Assembly: GCA_964587105.1 (NCBI GenBank)
Contig: CAZPKG010000001.1
Span: 115,508-179,507, forward strand
Length of the DNA stretch: 64,000 nucleotides
Direction: 5' to 3'
From: an uncultured Alphaproteobacteria bacterium
GTDB lineage: Bacteria > Electryoneota > RPQS01
Positions 37,575 to 47,094 of the stretch are shown piece after piece. The notes under the pieces were generated by a model. It searched no databases, had not been told where the DNA came from, and saw only the letters and a list, made by a program, of their open reading frames with translations. A program made the position numbers and the translations under genes. Within the stretch, counting starts at the first letter, position 1, and each line of letters begins with the position of its first letter.

Positions 37575-38252
37575 ATGACGGCAGAACAGCTTGCGGCCTA
37601 TATTGATCATACAATTCTTAAGCCCGAGGCTACTTTGGAGCAGGTCGAAAAATTGTGTGCTGAAGCGCGAGAATTTCGATTCAAAACGGTGTGCGTGAAT
37701 CCGCGATTCGTCAATCGATGCGCTGTGTTGCTTGAGGGTAGCGGCGTCGCGGTTTGTACGGTCATTGGATTTCCGTTAGGTGCGACGTGCACCGAGTCCA
37801 AGGTTGCAGAGTGTTTGCAGGCTGTTGCGGATGGAGCTACCGAGATTGACATGGTTTTGTGGATCGGCGGATTGATTGGAGGACGAAACGCAGATGTCGA
37901 GTTCGATATTCACGCCGTAGCTGACGCATGCCGACGGAGCGGCGCTTCTCTGAAAGTGATTTTTGAAACGGCGATGTTAACCGAAGATCAGATTATCACT
38001 GCGTGTGGGTTGTGCGTCAGAGCGGGAGCGAAATGGGTAAAGACGTCCACTGGATTTGGACCTGGCGGCGCAACGGTTGAGGCTGTCAAGATTATGCATC
38101 GTGAGGTTTCTGCTCACGGCCTAAAGGTGAAGGCGTCAGGCGGGATTCGCACGCTCGCAGATTTTAACAAAATGATCGAAGCGGGGGCCGAGCGGATTGG
38201 GACTTCGAGCGGAGTGGGGATTGTGAATGAGTTACTGAGTCAGTACTCGTAG
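37575..38252 (+). CDS. deoC: Deoxyribose-phosphate aldolase
   Basis: IDHTILKPEAT, VCVNP, GFPLG and KASGGIR (Schiff-base lysine) signatures. 225 aa. Confidence 0.85.
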   Translation: MTAEQLAAYIDHTILKPEATLEQVEKLCAEAREFRFKTVCVNPRFVNRCAVLLEGSGVAVCTVIGFPLGATCTESKVAECLQAVADGATEIDMVLWIGGLIGGRNADVEFDIHAVADACRRSGASLKVIFETAMLTEDQIITACGLCVRAGAKWVKTSTGFGPGGATVEAVKIMHREVSAHGLKVKASGGIRTLADFNKMIEAGAERIGTSSGVGIVNELLSQYS

Positions 38253-38288
38253 ATTTAGTTCGACCACAACATAATGATAACCAACAAA

Positions 38289-38328
38289 AGCGGGCGACCT
38301 ACTGGGCCGCCCGCTCTTGTTTTGGTTT
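38289..38328. terminator. Bidirectional terminator AGCGGGCG-loop-CGCCCGCT-CTTGTTTTGGTTT between deoC (+) and the Trx-NHL gene (-)
   Basis: 8-bp GC stem plus T-rich tail. Confidence 0.65.
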
Positions 38329-38336
38329 ATGAGAAT

Positions 38337-40397
38337 CTATTGAGGAATTGACTCGATCTTTGCGCTTAGCTCAGTGACACCTACGGCAGATTGGCCTTCC
38401 TGCAAATGGATATTCCAAGCAATTGAAACGGGAACACATAGGCCGGAGTTCTTGTCCGTGCAATAAGCGAAAAAGAGCATCGCTTTCAATGTGCCGCCGC
38501 TGTTCAAGGCTGACGCTGGAATGATTGCGCGAGCAGGCAACACGCCTTTGGTGGCCAAGCCTTCAATGGATTTGCCGCTCGCAGGCTGAATCACATAGCC
38601 GATGGGGGCTTCCTTGTTCAGGTGGACTCCTGCGGGCAGCATCGCCGTCAAATCCAAATGCAGATCCATTCCGGCACGGAATGCGACGGTCGTATCACTG
38701 ACAGCATCGTGATCCATGCCGGTACTCTCCATCGAGCGCAGTCCATGAATCTCAAAAACTCTCCATGAATTCTCTTTAAGGGATACGCGGACGATGCGAT
38801 CGTGATTGGTATCGGCGATATAGAGCCAATCTCCACTTATCGAGATTCCACCCGGTTCATAAAGCGAAAGCTTGTCGGGAGAATCCGAGGTTACATCCGG
38901 ATTGCCCGATCCGATTTGATCGCTTGATTGTTTGGTGGCGAGCGTGAGTCGCTTAATTTTGTGGTTATAGGTGTCGGCTACCAGCACGTCACCGTTGTAG
39001 TAGGCCACACCGAGCGGGTGCTGCAAGAGCGTGCGGTCGAACTTACCGGTTTGATCGCCGAAGTCAAACAGACCGCTACCGACTAACGTCTGCACTTCTG
39101 TGGTTTTGATATTTGCACGACGCACGGCGCTGACTTCGCTGTCGGCAAAATAGAGCCAGTCTCCGTCGAGCGAGAGTCCCGATGGTTGTGCCAATGACGC
39201 GGAGCGGGTCCCCGTACCGTCAATAATATCTTCGCGCCCGTTTCCAGCCCAGGCTCGCGCGACGCCGGTAGGCAAATCGAGCGTCCATAACTGATGCGGG
39301 CCTGCCATTGCGATGTACAACGTGTTTCCGTTCAGCGCCACGTCCCAGGGGCTGTTCAAACCTTGCGCCGTACCTTGTCCTCCGCCGAGCCGATCATATA
39401 CTTGAATACCTGTGCCACAAATCGTTGTAACGGTTTGTGCGGTCAGGTCGAGTTTGCGAATCAGATGATTATCCGTATCGGCAACGTAGAGTAGGTTCTT
39501 AGCCTCATCGTATGCCATACCTTGCGGATTGTCAAATTCCGCTTCTTTGAAATCGCCGTCAGAATTACCATTTGTACCTGAACCTGCTATGGAAACCACG
39601 TTGCCGTCACTATCAGTAATGACGATGCGATCGTGATTGGAGTCGGCAATGAAGACTCGATCCTTCACTGCGAGAACTTTGCCGGGGAAGGCAAGGCCCG
39701 AGGCAGATGGCACACGAGAATTGCGATTAAAATCCGGTGGGCCGGAGGCGAGCACGCCTTTTTCACGGCCTTCGTCGAGTAAAGCTTGAATCACGCCGTC
39801 GAGAATTTCGCGATTGCCTTCGCCGGAGAGTTGACCAACGACGCGGCCTTCTGCATCAAAGACCGCAAGGGTCGGCCAGCTTTGCACACCGTACTCTGAC
39901 CAGATGCGGTGATTCTCATCAACGATGACAGGATGGGCAATGTTGTATCTATGGCATGCGGTCAGGATATTCTCTTTGTCGCCCTCGTTGTCGAACTTCG
40001 CGGAATGTACGCCTACAAATACGACGGGCTGGCTGGCGTACTTGTGTTCGAGATATTCCAAGTCTGGGAGAATATGCATACAATTAATGCAGCAGTAAGT
40101 CCAAAAATCGAGCACGACGACGCGGCCTTTAAGTTCATTCTGAACGTACAGAGGGCGATCCGTATTCACCCACGCGAAGTTACGCGGGAATTCGGGAGCG
40201 CGAACACGCGAGGTCGGAAGTTGCGGGCGTGACATTGATGGTGACTCCGGAGTGGTTTCGCCTGCGACCGTTTGGGCCGCAGTTTTGAACGGGAATGGCA
40301 ACCGTGCCGCAGGAGCTGGTCCTGAACAAGACGCGACAGCCAAGACGGCCAAGACAGGCAGTATTCCTGCCCATAGCCGCTTAATCGTGACAATCAT
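38337..40397 (-). CDS. Exported thioredoxin-like (TlpA/ResA-type CxxC) domain fused to a multi-blade NHL-repeat beta-propeller
   Basis: Signal/lipobox MIVTIKRLWAGILPVLAVLAVASCSG. VVVLDFWTYCCINCMHILP is a thioredoxin-fold CxxC motif. About six NHL-like repeats follow (DRIVITDSDGNVV, NHLIRKLDL, HKIKRLTL, DRIVRVSL...). Confidence 0.75.
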   Translation of the reverse strand: MIVTIKRLWAGILPVLAVLAVASCSGPAPAARLPFPFKTAAQTVAGETTPESPSMSRPQLPTSRVRAPEFPRNFAWVNTDRPLYVQNELKGRVVVLDFWTYCCINCMHILPDLEYLEHKYASQPVVFVGVHSAKFDNEGDKENILTACHRYNIAHPVIVDENHRIWSEYGVQSWPTLAVFDAEGRVVGQLSGEGNREILDGVIQALLDEGREKGVLASGPPDFNRNSRVPSASGLAFPGKVLAVKDRVFIADSNHDRIVITDSDGNVVSIAGSGTNGNSDGDFKEAEFDNPQGMAYDEAKNLLYVADTDNHLIRKLDLTAQTVTTICGTGIQVYDRLGGGQGTAQGLNSPWDVALNGNTLYIAMAGPHQLWTLDLPTGVARAWAGNGREDIIDGTGTRSASLAQPSGLSLDGDWLYFADSEVSAVRRANIKTTEVQTLVGSGLFDFGDQTGKFDRTLLQHPLGVAYYNGDVLVADTYNHKIKRLTLATKQSSDQIGSGNPDVTSDSPDKLSLYEPGGISISGDWLYIADTNHDRIVRVSLKENSWRVFEIHGLRSMESTGMDHDAVSDTTVAFRAGMDLHLDLTAMLPAGVHLNKEAPIGYVIQPASGKSIEGLATKGVLPARAIIPASALNSGGTLKAMLFFAYCTDKNSGLCVPVSIAWNIHLQEGQSAVGVTELSAKIESIPQ

Positions 40398-40625
40398 GAA
40401 GGGGTGGGGTGGTTCCGGAAGGGAGGGCGCGTGACATATCCCAAAGACTACTTCGCGCGGAAAAAGTTCCGAAGAGTAAGTGAACGCACATTTAAGTTTT
40501 ATTTAATTAATTATTTATATAAAAAAATTCCGGGAACTCGGAGATGGGGAAATTGTTTATTCCTTGAATGAGAAGCCGATTTTCCGTATTATTAGCAGCA
40601 ATTTACGAATCCAGAACCCTGACCC

Positions 40626-41555
40626 ATGTCCCATTCCCCAAAGAACCGCCTGACCGAGTCGCTAACTGACTTGCATAATCAATTCGGCGGCGCCCAGCAC
40701 TACAATTCGTCTCCAGAAAGCTCGCTTGCTTATCACCGGGTATTGCGGCGAGCACATACTGCTGACACAGTAGTTGGTGTGCGCGGCGTGGCGGTTGGCG
40801 GGCAGGAATTGACCGTTATCGCGGGGCCGTGCGCTGTTGAATCCGCACATCAGTTGATGACTGCGGCTGAGCAGGCGGCGACCAGTGGGGCGCATCTGTT
40901 GCGAGGAGGCGCGTTCAAATTGCGAACGTCGCCGTATGCGTTCGCAGGTCTTGGCGAACCTGCGTTAAAGATGCTGAGTGAAGCACGGCGTGTGTCCGGA
41001 TTGCCGGTCGTAACTGAAGTTGTGGACGAAGAGAGCGTTCTGCTCGCGGCGGCTCATGCAGACATGCTGCAAATCGGTACGCGGAATATGCACAACTACG
41101 TGTTACTGAAACAAGCGGCGGCGACGGGAAAGCCAATTCTCTTGAAGCGCGGCATGTCGGCGACACTGGATGAGTTTCTGCACGCGGCGGAGTATATTCT
41201 TGCGGCGGGGAATTCGCAAGTTGTTTTGTGCGAACGCGGTATTCGCACGTTTTCCGATTTTACGCGCAATACGCTTGATCTGAATATTGTTCCTGCGCTG
41301 AAACAGATTTCACATCTTCCAGTCATTACCGATCCATCGCATGGCACGGGCCGCAGCGATCTGGTTCCCCCGATGGCGCGCGCGTCCGTTGCAGCGGGAG
41401 CGGATGGTGTGCTGATTGAAATGCATCCTGACCCTGCGAAAGCTCTGTCAGATGGTTATCAATCGCTGGATCCTGCGGAGTTTGGTGAACTCGTCTCGGA
41501 TCTTGCCCGCATAGCGCCGATTGTCGGACGCACATTAACGCTCCGTGGCCGTTAA
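40626..41555 (+). CDS. aroF: 3-deoxy-7-phosphoheptulonate (DAHP) synthase, class I-beta (KDO8PS-like) type
   Basis: LTVIAGPCAVES...GAFKLRTSPYAFAGLGE...LLKRGM...HGTGR are class I-beta signatures. It leads the shikimate operon. The N-terminal roughly 55 aa is poorly conserved, so the start is uncertain. Confidence 0.75.
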   Translation: MSHSPKNRLTESLTDLHNQFGGAQHYNSSPESSLAYHRVLRRAHTADTVVGVRGVAVGGQELTVIAGPCAVESAHQLMTAAEQAATSGAHLLRGGAFKLRTSPYAFAGLGEPALKMLSEARRVSGLPVVTEVVDEESVLLAAAHADMLQIGTRNMHNYVLLKQAAATGKPILLKRGMSATLDEFLHAAEYILAAGNSQVVLCERGIRTFSDFTRNTLDLNIVPALKQISHLPVITDPSHGTGRSDLVPPMARASVAAGADGVLIEMHPDPAKALSDGYQSLDPAEFGELVSDLARIAPIVGRTLTLRGR

Positions 41556-42849
41556 TTTTCACTCGGCGCATGTGACTGCGGCAAATTCGCCGTTGTTTGC
41601 GCAGCTTACACTTTCCGGCGACAAATCCGTTTCGATTCGGCGCGCGCTCTTTTCGTTGTTCACGACGGACACGATTCGGTTGACGAATTACGGTTCAGGT
41701 GAAGATTGTCAGACTGCCCTTTTTTGTCTTGGTGAGCTTGGTAAGCGGATTGAGCGCGAAGAGAATCGAGTGACAATTTCTCATCGCGAGACGCCTAAAC
41801 AGGCGACCCTCGATTGTCGCAATTCGGGAACGACGGCCAGACTGCTCATGGGATTGCTGGCAGGCCGTGAAGGAGAGTGGACTCTCGTTGGCGATGATTC
41901 ACTATCACGACGACCAATGGAGCGGGTGGCGACTCCATTGCGAGCGATGGGGGCGAAAATTGAGCTTGCATCAGGCGGATGTTTACCGGCAAATATTGTC
42001 GGTCGGACGCTTAAGGGGACGGATCACGATTTGAAGATTTCAAGCGCGCAAGTCAAAAGCGCGCTTTTGTTAGCTGGACTTTTTGCCGACGGAGTAACGC
42101 GTGTTCGCGAACCGGTTGCCTCGCGGGATCACACGGAACGGTTACTTGGTTTGACTCAAGCGCCGGACGGATATTGGGGTGTTGATCGCTCGCTGCAACT
42201 GAGTGCAGGTTTGAGTTTGCGCGGCGCGATACCTGGAGATGTTTCAAGCGCGGCATTTTGGGCTGTGGCGGGATTGCTCGTGCCGGGTTCGGATATTTCA
42301 ATTGATAATGTGGTGTTGAATCCAACGCGCACTGGATGGCTAACATGTTTGAGGAACGGGGGCGCGAACGTGAGCGCGCGTTTCGAGCGCGAAACTGCCG
42401 GAGAGCCGGTCGGATCTTTGCAGATTCGGTATGGAAAGTTCTCCCCTCTGCATGTTCATGCTTCGGAAGTTCCCGGTCTGATTGATGAAATCCCTGCGTT
42501 GGCCGTATTGGCTGCGACGATCGACGGCGTTTCTACATTCGAACAGGTTGGCGAGTTGCGCGTCAAAGAGAGCGACCGATTGCAGTCGGTTGTCAGCGGA
42601 CTCACCGCAATGGGCGCAAAGGCGGAAGTTAAGGGCGACGATCTGATCGTACACGGTGGCGCGAAACTGCGAGGCGCGAAAATTGACTCGCAGAAAGACC
42701 ACAGAATTGCCATGTCGTTCGCGCTGGCGGGGCTTGCCGCATCGGGCAATACCGTTATTCAAGACGCCGATTGCGCCGCCGTATCATATCCTGAGTTTTT
42801 TGCCGAACTCTCTAAACTTGTTCCGGACTCCGTGAATCTAATTGAATAA
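41545..42849 (+). CDS. aroA: 3-phosphoshikimate 1-carboxyvinyltransferase (EPSP synthase)
   Basis: LSGDKSVSIRRALF, NSGTTARLLMG, LRVKESDRL and KDHRIAMSFALAGL signatures. Start is GTG at 41545 or 41572. Confidence 0.88.
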   Translation: MAVNFHSAHVTAANSPLFAQLTLSGDKSVSIRRALFSLFTTDTIRLTNYGSGEDCQTALFCLGELGKRIEREENRVTISHRETPKQATLDCRNSGTTARLLMGLLAGREGEWTLVGDDSLSRRPMERVATPLRAMGAKIELASGGCLPANIVGRTLKGTDHDLKISSAQVKSALLLAGLFADGVTRVREPVASRDHTERLLGLTQAPDGYWGVDRSLQLSAGLSLRGAIPGDVSSAAFWAVAGLLVPGSDISIDNVVLNPTRTGWLTCLRNGGANVSARFERETAGEPVGSLQIRYGKFSPLHVHASEVPGLIDEIPALAVLAATIDGVSTFEQVGELRVKESDRLQSVVSGLTAMGAKAEVKGDDLIVHGGAKLRGAKIDSQKDHRIAMSFALAGLAASGNTVIQDADCAAVSYPEFFAELSKLVPDSVNLIE

Positions 42850-43689
42850 ATGGCTTATCGCTTCGGCCTGATTGGCGAACATATCGCGACAAGTTTGTCA
42901 CCTGTGTTGTTCTCGTGGGCATTTCAGCAGACGGGAACCTCAGGTTCGTACACGCTGTTTGATTTTCCACGTCGATTGGCGCGATCGTTTCTGCTGCGCG
43001 CGCGCGTGGACTGGGACGGCCTGAATGTGACCGCACCGCATAAAGATCTGGCGTACACGTTGTGCGATGAGTTGACGGACGCCGCGATGAAAGTGCGTGC
43101 GGTGAACACTCTGGTGAGAAAACAAAGCAAGCTTGTCGGATACAACACGGACGTGGCCGGATTTCGCTACGCGTTGGAACAGAAACTCGAACTTGCGTCG
43201 AAAGCGGATCGCGTGCTGATTATCGGCACAGGCGGCGCGGCGCGCGCGGCCTTGGTTGCCGTTAGTCAGGTCTTGTCTCCGCTCGAAATCGCTGTGACTT
43301 CGCGCAAACCTGCCGAGGCTTTGGACAGAATCGCACCCGTGCTGCCTGCGCCGTTTGCGCCCGTGTTGTTGACGCACACAAAGGCGCGCAAGCGACTACA
43401 TGAGTTTGACGTTGTCGTGCAGGCCACGCCGATCGGGCATTTGGCAAATCCGGGTTTTCCGCTTGATCCGCCGTTTACATTTAAGCCCGGCGCGCTTGTG
43501 TTTGATTTGATATATTCGCCACGCAAAACGCTGTTTCTTGAGGCCGCGCAATCTTTTAACGCAGTCACGGAAAACGGACTGGTGATGCTGCTTGCGCAGG
43601 CGGCAGAGAGCTATCAAATTTGGACCGGCAAGCCGTTTCCGCTCGAGCTTGCCGTGCGCGAGCTCTTGCCTGAATTGCGCAACACATGA
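42850..43689 (+). CDS. aroE: Shikimate 5-dehydrogenase
   Basis: GLIGEHI.TSLSP, GLNVTAPHK, NTDVAGF and IIGTGGAARA (Rossmann GxGGA) signatures. Confidence 0.85.
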   Translation: MAYRFGLIGEHIATSLSPVLFSWAFQQTGTSGSYTLFDFPRRLARSFLLRARVDWDGLNVTAPHKDLAYTLCDELTDAAMKVRAVNTLVRKQSKLVGYNTDVAGFRYALEQKLELASKADRVLIIGTGGAARAALVAVSQVLSPLEIAVTSRKPAEALDRIAPVLPAPFAPVLLTHTKARKRLHEFDVVVQATPIGHLANPGFPLDPPFTFKPGALVFDLIYSPRKTLFLEAAQSFNAVTENGLVMLLAQAAESYQIWTGKPFPLELAVRELLPELRNT

Positions 43690-44849
43690 TCAGATTCTTA
43701 ACTGCAGGTGAGAGCCACGGACCGGGACTGACGGGGATTCTTGAGGGAATGCCCGCCGGATTAACATTGTCTGAAGCGGAGATCGCCTTTGATCTGGCGC
43801 GTCGTCAACGCGGTCATGGACGCGGTGGACGAATGAAAATTGAAATGGATTACGCGCGCATCACGAGTGGCGTCCGCTATGGTTTGACGCTCGGTTCGCC
43901 AATTGCTCTATTTATTGAGAATCGAGATTGGGAGAATTGGCGCGATAAGATGTCCGTTGCCGATCCGGGTGCAGAGAAACGAATTGACAGACTCGCGAGT
44001 CCACGTCCCGGTCATGCGGACTATGCAGGTTCAATCAAATACCACCAGGATGACATTCGCAACGTCATCGAGCGCTCATCGGCGCGTGAAACCACGATGC
44101 GAGTGGCGCTTGCGGCAATCTGCCGCAAGTTCCTGAGCGAATTTGGCGTGAGAGTTTATAGTCACGTCGTCAAAATCGGCGGCGTCGAAGCGGCGCAGCT
44201 TGCGCATGACGCGAACCTCGCTGAGCATTTCGCTAAAGTGGAAGAGAGTCCGGTGCGGTGCGGCGATTCAATTGCGGAACGAAAGATGATCGAGATTATT
44301 GACCGTGCGACGGAAGCTAAAGATACGGTCGGCGGAGAGTTTGAGGTCATTGTGGAAGGATTGCCCGTCGGATTGGGGAGCTATGTTCATTACGATCGCA
44401 GGATTGACGGCATTCTCGCGCAAGCGATGCTGTCGATTCATGCAATGAAGGGCGTCGAATTTGGGATGGGTTTTGAAGTGGCGAACGTATTCGGAAGTCA
44501 AGTTCACGACCGAATCTTTCCATTTGAAAAAGATATTGTGCGCACGACTAATAACGCGGGCGGCACAGAAGGCGGCATGACCAATGGGGAGCGCTTGGTG
44601 CTGCGCGTGGCGATGAAACCGCTGTCGTCGCTGATGCAGCCGCTGGAATCTGTGAACCTCAAAACGAATGAACCGATTGAAGCGTTGCGCGAGAGGAGCG
44701 ACGTGTGTGCCGTTCCCGCCGGAGGAATCGTCGGCGAAGCGATGGCGTTGCTCGCGTTGATGAATCCGTTTATGGAGAAATTCGGCGGAGATTCAATGAC
44801 TGAAATTCGTGCGCACATTCAGGCAACACCGGGGTCGCCATGGCGATAG
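43686..44849 (+). CDS. aroC: Chorismate synthase
   Basis: FLTAGESHGPGL...RRQRGHGRGGRM...RPGHADY...GGTEGGMTNGE are chorismate synthase signatures. Confidence 0.9.
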   Translation: MIRFLTAGESHGPGLTGILEGMPAGLTLSEAEIAFDLARRQRGHGRGGRMKIEMDYARITSGVRYGLTLGSPIALFIENRDWENWRDKMSVADPGAEKRIDRLASPRPGHADYAGSIKYHQDDIRNVIERSSARETTMRVALAAICRKFLSEFGVRVYSHVVKIGGVEAAQLAHDANLAEHFAKVEESPVRCGDSIAERKMIEIIDRATEAKDTVGGEFEVIVEGLPVGLGSYVHYDRRIDGILAQAMLSIHAMKGVEFGMGFEVANVFGSQVHDRIFPFEKDIVRTTNNAGGTEGGMTNGERLVLRVAMKPLSSLMQPLESVNLKTNEPIEALRERSDVCAVPAGGIVGEAMALLALMNPFMEKFGGDSMTEIRAHIQATPGSPWR

Positions 44850-45361
44850 TTTACTTGTGCGGCCTGCCGGGATCAGGGAAGAGTACCATTGGCCCGCTGC
44901 TTGCAAAATTGCGCGGTCAGCCGTTCATAGATTTGGATACGATGATTGCTGAGCGCGCCGGGATGGATATTCCGGCGATTTTTCGTTCATTGGGCGAGCC
45001 GAAATTTCGCGACTTTGAAAATCTTGCTCTTGTGCAGGCAGCGAGTCGCGGCGACAGTGTGATTGCGCTGGGCGGCGGCGCATTGGGCCGTGAAGACAAC
45101 CGTGATATTGTGCTCGCGAGCGGAATGCTGATTCACCTCGAAGCGCCGTTGGCATTGTTGGCTGCACGGACCATGAATCAACTCAACCGGCCGCTGCTTG
45201 ACAGCAATGATTCGCTGACTGAGCGGTTGGCGGCGCTGAAGAGTTTGAACGAGCGGCGCAAAGACCAGTACGAGCTTGCACCGCTAAGTTTTCCGACGAC
45301 GGATGAGGATCCGATGCAGACTGCGCTGATGATTTTTGAGGCAATTGATGGACTCGTTTGA
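44840..45361 (+). CDS. aroK: Shikimate kinase
   Basis: VYLCGLPGSGKSTIG P-loop, FIDLDT, and a size of 173 aa. Confidence 0.85.
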   Translation: MAIVYLCGLPGSGKSTIGPLLAKLRGQPFIDLDTMIAERAGMDIPAIFRSLGEPKFRDFENLALVQAASRGDSVIALGGGALGREDNRDIVLASGMLIHLEAPLALLAARTMNQLNRPLLDSNDSLTERLAALKSLNERRKDQYELAPLSFPTTDEDPMQTALMIFEAIDGLV

Positions 45362-46913
45362 CCTGAAAACACAGAGCGGCATTGTGCCTATCCGTTATGC
45401 TTTTTCAAACGCGACGTGGGTGGCGAATGAGATCGCTCGCATGTTGGGAGTGCGCAGACCGCGTTTGTTCGTCGTGACAGATGAAAACGTGGCGCTGCAC
45501 CATCTTGAAAACCTGAAGTCTGCGCTCATTTCGGACGGATTCAGCCTTGACGTGTGCATCTTGCCGCCGGGTGAGGAGCAGAAGACGATTGCCCGCACGA
45601 AGTTCCTGCTTGACATTTTGGCGCAGAAGAGATTCGCCCGTGATGATATTGTACTTGCTTTGGGCGGTGGAGTGATTACGGACTTGGCTGGATTTTCGGC
45701 GAGCGTGTACCAGCGTGGGATTCAATGGATTGCAATTCCGACGACGCTGTTGGGAATGGTGGACGCTGCGATTGGCGGAAAGACGGGCGTCAATCACGAA
45801 CTGGGCAAAAACTTGATCGGCTCGTTTCATCAACCCAGGATGGTGCTGGCTGAGTTGTCGATGTTGAGCACGTTGGCGCCGCGCGGGATTCGTTCAGGCG
45901 CCGCTGAGATTGTCAAGGGCGCGCTGCTCGCGGGTGGAGATTTTTGGAGTGAAATTGAGTCTGCGAGTGCAGACGCGATGCAGTGGAGTCCACGGCAATT
46001 GGAGCGTTTTGTCGCACGCGGAGCGGCAGTGAAGATTGATATCGTAGCACGCGATGAACGCGAAAGTGGCGACAGAATGCTGCTCAATTTGGGGCACACA
46101 TTCGGGCATGCGCTTGAACAGGTTAGCGGTTACGGCTCACTTGCCCATGGTGAAGCGGTGTTCTACGGCATTCGCGCGGCGATCAGGCTCTCTGAGAAAT
46201 GCGGCATGATGCCGCAGCCGAAAGCACGCTCTCTCGACAAATGGATCGCAACGCTTGAGTTGCCAGGAGCGAAATGCACGGCGGATGAACTCATGTCTGC
46301 GATTCAATCCGACAAGAAGACGGCATCTGGGAAACTCCGATGGATTCTCTTGCGCGAGCCGGGAAAGCCTGTGATCAGTCACGATGTACCGGAACAGGTC
46401 GTGCGCGAGTGCGCTGAATGGCTTGCCGAGGTCACAAGTAGTGGGGCGGAGGCAATTTCGATTCCGCGTCGGCGGCGCGTCGTCGTATTAAATGGTCCGA
46501 ATTTGAATTTGTTGGGGTCGCGTGAACCTTCGGTGTATGGCTCCATGACGTATGAAGAATTGAGCAAACAATGTTTTGAGTGGGCTGAAGACCTCAATTT
46601 TGATCTGTTGATTCGGCAAAGCAATCACGAAGGTGAGTTTGCCGAGTTGATTCAGTGGGCGCGCCGCTGGGCAGACGGATTGATTCTAAATCCCGGCGCG
46701 TTTACACATACATCTGTTGCTGTCCGCGATGCGCTTGCCGCCGCAAAATTACCTGCGGTTGAGGTTCATCTTTCGGACCCGTCCGCGCGTGAAGAGTTTC
46801 GCCACACCTCCCTCATTTCGGATTTGTGCCGCCGGACCATCAAAGGGCTCGGCCCTGATGGCTACCGGGAGGCCCTGACCGAACTTGCCTTCTCCCTGCC
46901 GGAAACCGCCTAA
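45348..46913 (+). CDS. aroB-aroQ: Bifunctional fusion: 3-dehydroquinate synthase (N-terminal, about 370 aa) plus type II 3-dehydroquinate dehydratase (C-terminal, about 150 aa)
   Basis: Track ORF starts at TTG 45336; ATG at 45348 gives MDSFDLK. The N-terminal half has GGGVITDLAGF...GGKTGVNH...GHTFGHALE DHQ-synthase motifs. The C-terminal half has VLNGPNLNLLG..EP.VYG, QSNHEGE, NPGAFTHTS and EVHLSD...REEFRH type II dehydroquinase motifs. Confidence 0.85.
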   Translation: MDSFDLKTQSGIVPIRYAFSNATWVANEIARMLGVRRPRLFVVTDENVALHHLENLKSALISDGFSLDVCILPPGEEQKTIARTKFLLDILAQKRFARDDIVLALGGGVITDLAGFSASVYQRGIQWIAIPTTLLGMVDAAIGGKTGVNHELGKNLIGSFHQPRMVLAELSMLSTLAPRGIRSGAAEIVKGALLAGGDFWSEIESASADAMQWSPRQLERFVARGAAVKIDIVARDERESGDRMLLNLGHTFGHALEQVSGYGSLAHGEAVFYGIRAAIRLSEKCGMMPQPKARSLDKWIATLELPGAKCTADELMSAIQSDKKTASGKLRWILLREPGKPVISHDVPEQVVRECAEWLAEVTSSGAEAISIPRRRRVVVLNGPNLNLLGSREPSVYGSMTYEELSKQCFEWAEDLNFDLLIRQSNHEGEFAELIQWARRWADGLILNPGAFTHTSVAVRDALAAAKLPAVEVHLSDPSAREEFRHTSLISDLCRRTIKGLGPDGYREALTELAFSLPETA

Positions 46914-47094
46914 CCCCTCCTCCCGTACAATGGTTACTTTCAGGCGACAGGTTGTGCTTGAAATTCCGCCCGATATTCCGTAAGTTGAGTATTCACCGGA
47001 ATCTAATCAGACTTCATGTGAAGCTCGTCACAATCTCCGGCTGAGCGATCACCTCAATTGGTTAAGATAATTATTTACAGGACTTTTCGTTGAC

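Noticed and set aside
36901-37614. 237-aa ORF on the minus strand
   Set aside because: It is entirely antisense to the well-supported response-regulator gene and the deoC start. It has no motifs. It is a typical shadow ORF of a GC-rich coding region.
40545-40568. Seven-codon mini-ORF (MGKLFIP) upstream of aroF as a possible attenuator leader peptide
   Set aside because: It has only one Phe and no Trp or Tyr. There is no obvious alternative terminator/antiterminator pairing. Attenuation of this type is not expected in FCB-group bacteria.
11737-47004. Recurrent 7-mer CCGGAAT at about 11737, 46997, 49530, 56113, 56163 and 20604 (reverse complement) as a possible regulatory motif
   Set aside because: A 7-mer is expected about 8 times by chance in 64 kb on both strands. 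Only the longer matches (10-12 nt and more) are reported as meaningful in the findings.
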